Under the pieces are notes generated by a model that worked only from the letters and a program-made list of their open reading frames with translations, was not told the origin of the DNA and searched no databases. Shown in pieces: positions 9,645-16,774 of a DNA stretch of 64,000 bases. The stretch covers positions 64-64,063 of the forward strand of contig CAZEJJ010000016.1 in the NCBI GenBank assembly GCA_964512185.1. Direction: 5' to 3'. Origin of the DNA: an uncultured Enterobacterales bacterium (GTDB lineage: Bacteria > Myxococcota_A > UBA796 > JAFGLY01). A program made the position numbers and the translations under genes. Positions within the stretch are counted from its first letter, which is position 1. Each line of letters opens with the position of its first letter.

Positions 9645-10849
9645 CCGCGCGCATGCACACGGGGCAGCCCTGGCTCAAGCGGCTGGGCCTCAGTCTGGGG
9701 GCCAGCCTGCTGCTGCTGGGGGGCATGGAGCTGACGGCGCGGCTCTTCGGGGGCCCCCTGCCCGAGCTGCCCCGCCACGACTGGATCTCCGGCCAGTTCG
9801 AGGCGGATCCCTACCTCAAGTGGGTGCTCAGCCCGGGGGTCAGCATGGGTGAAGGCGAGCACATCAACGCTCAGGGCATGCGCGACCTGCCCCTGGGCGA
9901 CCGCAAGCCCGAGGGCCAGAAGCGCCTGTTGGTGCTCGGGGATTCCTCGGTCTTCGGCGCCGGGGTGCGCCTGGAGGAGACCTTCGTCCAGCGACTCGAG
10001 GCCAGCCTCAACCCTGCGGAGCTGCCCGCCACCGAGCGCAGCATCCAGGTGCTCAACGGCGGGGTGCCCGGCTACAGCACCTACCAGTGCCTGGAGCGTC
10101 TACGGCGCAGCCTGCCCCTGGGTCTCGACGGCGTGATCCTCTACAACATCAGCGACTCCCAGTCCCCCGAGGGGCTCACCGACGACCTCTGGTTCCGCTG
10201 GGGAGCCCCGGCCCACCTGGCCCTGCGCCACCTGGCCCTGTACCGCTGGCTGCACCAGCAGGTGCTGCGCCGGCAGCGCCCGCGCCAGCAGGCCGAGACG
10301 GTGCCCGACACGCTGCGCGTGCACCTGCGCCACTACCGCCGCAACCTGGCCAGCCTGCGCTCCCTGGCCGCCTCGGCCGACGCGGCGCTGTTCTACGTCG
10401 TGCCGCCCATGCTCACCGACGCCGACGCCACGCCGCCGCCCGGAGCGGGCCTGGTGGGTGGCGCCGACGCTCCACCAGCCATCCGCCACTACCTGCCCGA
10501 CGACGACGCCGAGGCCGAGGCCATCGAAGCGCGCCTGGACTGGCTGGAGGACCAGCACAGCCTGGCGTGCAGCCTCAAGGGCTACCGGGCAGCCCTGGCC
10601 CTGGACGGCTACCGCGCCGGGGTGCCCGTGGTGGACGGGCCGGCGACCTTCAAGCGGGCCTGGAAGCGGACCCCCGAGGCGGAGCTGCCGCTGCTGCTGG
10701 ACCCGGTGCACCCCTCCGCTGAAGGCCACCGCCTGCTGGCCGAGGCCCTGCGGCCGGTCATCGCCTCGTTTCTCCAGGGGTCCGACCAGGGCTGGCAGGA
10801 TCCCGCCGTGGCGCAGCCGGCGGCCCCAGGCCAGGAACAGGAGGGTTAG
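9641..10849 (+). CDS. Membrane-anchored SGNH/GDSL hydrolase-family protein
   Basis: VLGDSSVFG, NGGVPGYST and DPVHP motifs; INAQGMRD pre-block motif; N-terminal TM segment. Confidence 0.8.
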   Translation: MTARMHTGQPWLKRLGLSLGASLLLLGGMELTARLFGGPLPELPRHDWISGQFEADPYLKWVLSPGVSMGEGEHINAQGMRDLPLGDRKPEGQKRLLVLGDSSVFGAGVRLEETFVQRLEASLNPAELPATERSIQVLNGGVPGYSTYQCLERLRRSLPLGLDGVILYNISDSQSPEGLTDDLWFRWGAPAHLALRHLALYRWLHQQVLRRQRPRQQAETVPDTLRVHLRHYRRNLASLRSLAASADAALFYVVPPMLTDADATPPPGAGLVGGADAPPAIRHYLPDDDAEAEAIEARLDWLEDQHSLACSLKGYRAALALDGYRAGVPVVDGPATFKRAWKRTPEAELPLLLDPVHPSAEGHRLLAEALRPVIASFLQGSDQGWQDPAVAQPAAPGQEQEG

Positions 10850-10858
10850 CTCTCGGTC

Positions 10859-11653
10859 ATGGCTCACCCCGCGTTCCGACTGCGGCTGCAGGACCTGGGC
10901 AAGCGCTTCCAGGACGGCGAGGAGCAGGTCCAGGCCTTCAGCGAGATCTCCATGGCGGTGAAGCCGGGCGAGTTCCTGTGCCTGGTGGGGCCCTCCGGCT
11001 GCGGCAAGACCACCCTGCTGCGCTGCATGGCCGCCATCCTGCCCAGCAGCGAAGGCGAGCTGGCGCTGACGCTGGAGCCAGGAGCCCCCGGCGCCGAGAC
11101 CGCCATGGTCTTCCAGGAGCACGGCCTGTTCCCCTGGCTCACCGTGGAGCACAACCTGCGCTTCGTGCTCGAAGAGAGCCCCGTCCCCAAGGCCGAGCAC
11201 CCGGCCATCGTGGACCGGATGCTGGAGCGGGTGGGCCTGGAGCGCTTCAGGCGCTTCTACCCCTACCAGCTCTCGGGCGGCATGAACCAGCGCGTGGCCC
11301 TGGTCAGGGCCTTCTGCGTGCAGCCCCAGCTGCTGTTCATGGACGAGCCCTTCGTCTTCCTGGACTACCAGAACCGCATCATGCTGCAGGACCTGCTGCT
11401 GGAGCTGTGGCAGGAGCGGCGCCAGACCATCGTCTTCGTCACCCACAACATCAACGAGGCCATCGCCCTGGGCGACCGCGTGCTGGTCATGCCCGGCCGC
11501 CCCGGTCCCTTCGTGCGCGAGATCCCCTGCAGCTTCCCGCGGCCGCGCGACGTGGTGGCCCTGCGCCAGGACTCCGAGTACCAGCGCATCGTGGTGGAGG
11601 TCACCCGCCTGCTGCGGCAGGAACAGGCCCGCTCGCGGGAGCGGGCGTCATGA
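10859..11653 (+). CDS. ABC transporter ATP-binding protein, TauB/SsuB/NitT family
   Basis: Walker A GPSGCGKT, signature LSGGMNQR, Walker B LLFMDEPF, H-loop FVTHN. Confidence 0.92.
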   Translation: MAHPAFRLRLQDLGKRFQDGEEQVQAFSEISMAVKPGEFLCLVGPSGCGKTTLLRCMAAILPSSEGELALTLEPGAPGAETAMVFQEHGLFPWLTVEHNLRFVLEESPVPKAEHPAIVDRMLERVGLERFRRFYPYQLSGGMNQRVALVRAFCVQPQLLFMDEPFVFLDYQNRIMLQDLLLELWQERRQTIVFVTHNINEAIALGDRVLVMPGRPGPFVREIPCSFPRPRDVVALRQDSEYQRIVVEVTRLLRQEQARSRERAS

Positions 11654-12420
11654 GCCGCTCCCGAGCCGGCCTGCTGCGCAAGGCGCTGGTCTTCGTGGCC
11701 AGCCCCCTGCTGCTGCTGGCGGCCTGGGAGATCAGCGGCCGCGCTGGGTTGCTGGACATCCGCTTCTTCCCTCTGCCCAGCCGCATCACCGCCTACCTGG
11801 CCTGGCTGCTGGCCGAAGACCACCTGCTGCTGGACATCCTCGCCTCCCTGCGGCGCATCGGGCTGGGGCTGCTGGTGGGCTTCGTGCCAGGCGTGCTGCT
11901 GGGCCTGGCCATGGGCCTGTCCAGCTGGGCCCGCGCCGCGCTGGGCCCGCTGGTGGCCCTGAGCTACCCCATCCCGAAGATCGCCATCCTGCCGCTGCTG
12001 CTCATCATCTTCGGCCTGGGGGAGACCTCCAACGTCATGGTGGTGGCCATCGGTGTGTTCTTCCTGGCGCTGATCAACACCTACGGCGGGGTCAGCCAGA
12101 TCCCCCAGATCCACTTCGACGTGGCCAAGGTCTACCGGGTGCGGCCCCTGCGGCGCCTGAGCCACATCGTGCTCCCCGCCGCCTTCCCCGGCATCTTCAC
12201 CGGCCTGAAGCTGGCAGTGGGCTACGGGCTGATCCTGATCGTCGCGGCTGAGATGGTGGCGGCGGACTCGGGCCTGGGCTTCCGCATCTGGACCTCCTGG
12301 GAGACCTACGTGATCGTGGAGCTCTACGCCTGCCTGGCGGTCATCTCCGGCATCGGCGTGGTGCTGAGCGTTGCCCTGGAGTCCCTGGAGCGCGCGCTGG
12401 CCCACTGGAAGGGGGCCTGA
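11650..12420 (+). CDS. ABC transporter permease, TauC/SsuC family
   Basis: ATGA overlap; SLRRIGLG, YPIPKIAILPL, EAA-like loop, IVAAEMVAADSGLG. Confidence 0.9.
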   Translation: MSRSRAGLLRKALVFVASPLLLLAAWEISGRAGLLDIRFFPLPSRITAYLAWLLAEDHLLLDILASLRRIGLGLLVGFVPGVLLGLAMGLSSWARAALGPLVALSYPIPKIAILPLLLIIFGLGETSNVMVVAIGVFFLALINTYGGVSQIPQIHFDVAKVYRVRPLRRLSHIVLPAAFPGIFTGLKLAVGYGLILIVAAEMVAADSGLGFRIWTSWETYVIVELYACLAVISGIGVVLSVALESLERALAHWKGA

Positions 12421-12480
12421 GGGCGGGGCTCTCCCGCACCTCGTAGGAGATGCGAATATCGCCGAGGGCGAAGGATGAGC

Positions 12481-13554
12481 TCACCGACCGCACCCCTCCA
12501 TGAGCTCGCAGATGTCCAGGAGCATGTTCTTGGCGACGAGGGCTTGCTGGTGCAGGCGCAGCTCCTGACCTGCGGTCAGGGCGACCTCTGAAGGGTAGAT
12601 CCATCCTCGCTCAAAGGATGGGAACGGCGTCGGGACTCCAACAGTGCTCCAGCCCCCCGCGAGGTGGACGAGCCGCGCCTGGTCACAGAGGCCGACGCAC
12701 CTTCGCAGCTTCTTCCTTCCCAGCTCCCGCCTCGCCCCCGGCTTCCCGAGCTCGATGGTGATGAGCGAATGCTGGCCGCCAGGCACCCGGATGTACCAAT
12801 GCCCGTCGGCACAGGGGAGCAGCATCTTCAGGCGGAAGCCTTCCCGCTCAGGTCCCCAGGCAGGGTCAAGCGCGCGCGCGATCCGATCCAGCAGATCCTC
12901 GCGCGGTCGGGCTTCGGCCGTCGGCACCTTGAGGGCAGATCTCCCGCTGTCGGCCAACTCGTCGAGCCTGACCAAGGCCTCGCGGACGAAGAATGGCCGG
13001 GCCAGTAGAGCCTCCCCCGGGGAGGGTACCGCTCCGCGCAGGTCTGCCCAGGTGACCACCACCGATGCTTCGAATCCGCCAGGATCATGCTGATGGTCGA
13101 TGTCCTTGCCGAGATTCGCGGGCTCGGGCTCCGGTCGCAGCAGCACGGTGCAGAAGGCTCGCCGAGTGCCCTCGGCGCCGCGGCGGTACGGGTCGGAGTC
13201 CCGCAGCGCGAGCCGGTACTTGGAGAGCTGACCGGGGCCGAGGGTGCTGCCGGTCTTGCTCTCGATGGCGAGGATGGCGTTCTCTGCGCGGGACTGGATG
13301 GCGAGGTCCAGGTTGCCGGCGTTGCTCAACCAGCCCTCGATGACCACCTCGACATCATCGGCACGCCGCAGCCTGCGAATGGTCTCGTCTGCCTTGTCCT
13401 GACCGCCCGGGGCGCTCAGCACCGCCTCGAACAGGGCCTCGTGTCTGGTCCCTCCACCGTTGAAGCTATCCTGCAGAGAGGCCGCGAGCACCGCCGTGAG
13501 CGCGGGTTCTGTGTGCGCGAAGGGGGCGAGATACCGTGCGATCTGATCGTCCAT
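12481..13554 (-). CDS. PD-(D/E)XK nuclease-family protein
   Basis: NLDLAIQ...LAIESKTGSTLGPGQLSKY resembles the PD-(D/E)XK catalytic motif; codon usage is less GC3-biased than the flanking genes. Confidence 0.6.
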   Translation of the reverse strand: MDDQIARYLAPFAHTEPALTAVLAASLQDSFNGGGTRHEALFEAVLSAPGGQDKADETIRRLRRADDVEVVIEGWLSNAGNLDLAIQSRAENAILAIESKTGSTLGPGQLSKYRLALRDSDPYRRGAEGTRRAFCTVLLRPEPEPANLGKDIDHQHDPGGFEASVVVTWADLRGAVPSPGEALLARPFFVREALVRLDELADSGRSALKVPTAEARPREDLLDRIARALDPAWGPEREGFRLKMLLPCADGHWYIRVPGGQHSLITIELGKPGARRELGRKKLRRCVGLCDQARLVHLAGGWSTVGVPTPFPSFERGWIYPSEVALTAGQELRLHQQALVAKNMLLDICELMEGCGR

Positions 13555-13557
13555 CGT

Positions 13558-13752
13558 CTACCCGCCTATCGCTTCGCGTAGCGGCTGCCAGGCAAGGCCG
13601 GCATCGGTGACCGAGTACTTCTGCCCAGAGCGGACAACGAGGTCGCGGTCGAGCAGGTTCCGAAGCCGGTAGCAGAGGTGTACCAGGAGGAGCCACCCGA
13701 GGCGGAACCCGCTCCCTCCGCACAGGTGCACCGCAACGAACGCCGAGGCGAA
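13558..13752 (-). pseudogene. 3' remnant of a winged-helix-like gene
   Basis: Start-less frame reading YRLRNLLDRDLVVRSGQKYSVTDAGLAW; its TAG lies 3 nt before the nuclease ATG. Confidence 0.35.
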
Positions 13753-13811
13753 TCAGCTCGACCTGGCAGCTTGCTTTCTTGCATTCCGAATGCAAAAACA
13801 CACCCTTGTCG

Positions 13812-14241
13812 CTGCCTGCGCACTACATCCCCCGCTGCCTGGAACCCGTGCTCATGCGCTCCGTGAGCGAGCTCCCCGCCGTGCTGCTCACCGGGCCGCG
13901 CCAGTCCGGCAAGACCACCCTGCTGAGCCGGAGCCATCTTCGAGACCGCTGTGTTCTCCGAGCTGTACAAGACCGCGCTCCACCGGGGCCATGACCCGCG
14001 GCTGTGGTTCTGGCGCACCTCCACCGGCCGCGAGGTGGACCTGCTGGTGGAGCAGGACCAGGGCCTGGTCCCGCTGGAGGTCAAGGCCAGCGCCACAGCC
14101 AAGCCGCGCATGGCAGGAGGCATCCACAGCCTGCGGCGCGACCTGGGCGGGCGGGTGCGACCCGGCTTCGTCGTCTACCTGGGGTGGCGACGGCTCCCGC
14201 TGGGAGGAGGCGTGACAGCCCTGCCCTTCGGTGAGATCTGA
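13812..14241 (+). pseudogene. Internally deleted AAA_14 + DUF4143 ATP-binding protein
   Basis: N-terminal YIPRCLEPVL...LLTGPRQSGKTTLL joins out of frame at ~13929 to C-terminal GAIFETAVFSEL...WFWRTSTGREVDLL...PLEVKAS. Confidence 0.75.
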
Positions 14242-14337
14242 AGAGGCCCATGTCGGCCAGGGCTCCGTGCTGACCCAGCGAATGGACACCTGAAGCCCCG
14301 CTCGCGATAGGCTGGCTCTCCCCCGTCCGAGAGAGCC

Positions 14338-15234
14338 GTGGACGACTTCTCCACCAGCCAGCATCTCATCGGAGGCCTGTTCGCCCTGGGCGCCGGTGCC
14401 TGCTGGGCCAGCGCCTCCATCCTCTTCGGCAAGCTGGGCAGGTCCGTCTCCTCCCTGGCCATGAACTTCGGCAAGGGCCTGGTGGGGTTGGCCTGCCTGG
14501 CCGTGGCCCTGGCCTTCACCGGGTTCAGGGGCACCTCGACGGAGGCCTGGATCTACCTGGGCCTGTCGGGCCTGGTGGGCATCACGCTGGGCGACACCGT
14601 CTTCTTCGACACCCTGCGCCGGCTGGGCCCGCGCCGCACCCTGCTGATGACCACCCTGATCCCCGTGCTGGTGGCCATCCTGTCCTTCGTCCTGCTGGGA
14701 GAACGGCTGGGGGCCCAGGCCTGGCTGGGCGCGGCCATCACCGTGGCCGGGGTGAGCTGGACCATGTGGGAGCGCCTGCCCGAGGGCGAGGACAGCGGCT
14801 CCTGGCGCGCGGGCATCGGCTACGGCCTGATCACCGTGCTTTCCTGCGCCGTCGCGGCCATCCTCTCCAAGGTGGGCGTGGCGGGCACCAAGCCCCTGGA
14901 GGCCACCGGGATCCGCCTGCTGACGGGCACCGCGGGCCTGTTCGCGCTGGGCCTGTTCCGCCGCCAGCTGTGGGCCTGGGTCTCGCCCTTCAGGGAGCCC
15001 AGACTGGCGGGCGCGTTGGTGGCTGCCGCCATCGTGGGCACCTTCGTGGGCATCTGGTTCAGCATGGCCAGCTTCGCCTACACCTCCGCCACCGTGGCCA
15101 CCATCCTCAGCGCCACCGACCCCATCTTCGTGCTGCCCCTGGCGGCCCTGTTCATGGGCGAAAAGCTCCGCCCGCGGCCCGTGCTGGGGGCGTTTGTGGC
15201 CCTGGCAGGCGTGGCGCTGCTGCTGACGCGCTGA
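14338..15234 (+). CDS. DMT/EamA family transporter
   Basis: 10 TM segments in two repeats; GITLGDTVFF and PIFVLPLAALFMGEK motifs. Confidence 0.9.
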   Translation: MDDFSTSQHLIGGLFALGAGACWASASILFGKLGRSVSSLAMNFGKGLVGLACLAVALAFTGFRGTSTEAWIYLGLSGLVGITLGDTVFFDTLRRLGPRRTLLMTTLIPVLVAILSFVLLGERLGAQAWLGAAITVAGVSWTMWERLPEGEDSGSWRAGIGYGLITVLSCAVAAILSKVGVAGTKPLEATGIRLLTGTAGLFALGLFRRQLWAWVSPFREPRLAGALVAAAIVGTFVGIWFSMASFAYTSATVATILSATDPIFVLPLAALFMGEKLRPRPVLGAFVALAGVALLLTR

Positions 15235-15244
15235 ACAAGGGAGC

Positions 15245-16657
15245 TCAGGCCGGCATCAGCTCGTGCAGCAGCTCGGGGAAGGGCAGGTAGCTGCGCTGGG
15301 TGAGCTGCCACAGCGTCTCGTCGGCGAAGAAGCGCCCCCTGGGGGTGAGCCACAGCGCACTTCGGTCCCAGTTCACCAGCCCCAGACCCTGCAGGCGCAG
15401 CAGCTCGGGGCCGAAGTGCTCGTGCACGTCCAGGCCGGTGCGCGCCTTGAAACGCCGCAGCCGCACGCGGTCGTTCTTGAGGGGCAGCAGCAGGCTGCGG
15501 CGGGCCTCGGTCTCGCGATCGCGGAAGATGCCGCGCTCCACCGGCAGGCGCCCGGCCCGCACCTCGCTGCGCCAGCGCTCGATGCGCGCGCCAAAGTTGA
15601 GGGTGAAGGTGCGGTGGTAGTTGGACCAGGCGGACGGGCCGCTGCCCACCACGTCGGCCAGCTCGCAGCAGTAGTCCCACATGAACTCGGTGATGTGCCG
15701 CCGCCCGCGGGAGAAGATGCGGGTGAAGTGCTGGTTGTAGTCGGCTTCTTCGGAGATCAGCTGACCCAGCATCTTCATGAGCCAGACGCGCTGGGTGTCG
15801 GGGCTGGCCCCCGGTTCCTCGCGGTACTCCTCCAGCACATCGCCCTGCACCTCGCCGTAGCGGCGGATGCGCAGCCGGTACAGGTGCCAGGCGTCGGCAC
15901 CCGAGGCCAGGGCGGTGCGCATGGTGCGAACCCAGTCCTCCAGGGTCTGCCCCAGGTAGCCGTAGATGAGGTCGATGGAGACGCTCTCGATGCCCGCCGC
16001 GTGCGCCGCCTCGATGGCCTGCAGGGCCTGCTCGCCGCTGTGGGTGCGCCGCATGCGCTCGAGCACAGGATCTTCGAAGCTCTGCACGCCCATGCTGATG
16101 CGCTGGACCCCGTGATCCACCAGCACCTGGAGGCGCTCGGCTCCCTGGGGCCCCAGCAGGTTGCCGGGCTCGGCCTCGAAGCTGAACTGCCGACAGCCCG
16201 ACAGGTCGAAGCGCTCGCGGAAGGCGCCGATGAGCCGATCCAGCTGCCTGGCGCTGGGCAGCGTGGGCGTGCCCCCCCCGAACAGGCAGGTGCTCACGGG
16301 CTGCCGGCTGCGGCCCAGGCGGGCCAGAGCCAGGTCCATCTCCGCGACGACGGTGTCGATGTAGTCGTCGATCTCGCCGGCGGAGGGATCGATCTCCTTG
16401 ACCCAGTGGCAGTAGCTGCAGCCGCGGGCACAGAAGGGCACGTGCACATAGGCAGCCGTGCGCTGAGGCGGCGGGTCGGGCTCGCTGGCCAGCAGCGCGG
16501 CGGCGTCCACCTCGGGGTACATGGTGATGGGGGGGTAGGCCACCACCGGCAGGTAGTCGTCTCCGTGCGGCAGGACGCCGGCCGCGCGCAGCTCCGCTGG
16601 GCGGTGCTCGGAGAGAGCCCGCTGGGCGCGTTCGATCCACTCGGAAGGGGTCGTCAT
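15245..16657 (-). CDS. HemN-like (coproporphyrinogen III oxidase family) radical SAM protein
   Basis: YVHVPFCARGCSYC (CxxxCxxC), FGGGTPT, RISMGVQSF, IDLIYG. Confidence 0.85.
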   Translation of the reverse strand: MTTPSEWIERAQRALSEHRPAELRAAGVLPHGDDYLPVVAYPPITMYPEVDAAALLASEPDPPPQRTAAYVHVPFCARGCSYCHWVKEIDPSAGEIDDYIDTVVAEMDLALARLGRSRQPVSTCLFGGGTPTLPSARQLDRLIGAFRERFDLSGCRQFSFEAEPGNLLGPQGAERLQVLVDHGVQRISMGVQSFEDPVLERMRRTHSGEQALQAIEAAHAAGIESVSIDLIYGYLGQTLEDWVRTMRTALASGADAWHLYRLRIRRYGEVQGDVLEEYREEPGASPDTQRVWLMKMLGQLISEEADYNQHFTRIFSRGRRHITEFMWDYCCELADVVGSGPSAWSNYHRTFTLNFGARIERWRSEVRAGRLPVERGIFRDRETEARRSLLLPLKNDRVRLRRFKARTGLDVHEHFGPELLRLQGLGLVNWDRSALWLTPRGRFFADETLWQLTQRSYLPFPELLHELMPA

Positions 16658-16774
16658 GCAGGGACCAGCCTCGATCGCCACCCCGGAGGTGGCGGCCCCG
16701 ACCATCTATGCACACCGGGCGGCCTCAGCACACAGGGCCGCGGAACCGCGGCGCGCTGACGCCCCGGCGGACGC

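Noticed and set aside
12421-12480. Short minus-strand peptide fragment (ALGDIRISYEVRESP) after the nuclease gene
   Set aside because: Too short to assign; may be random
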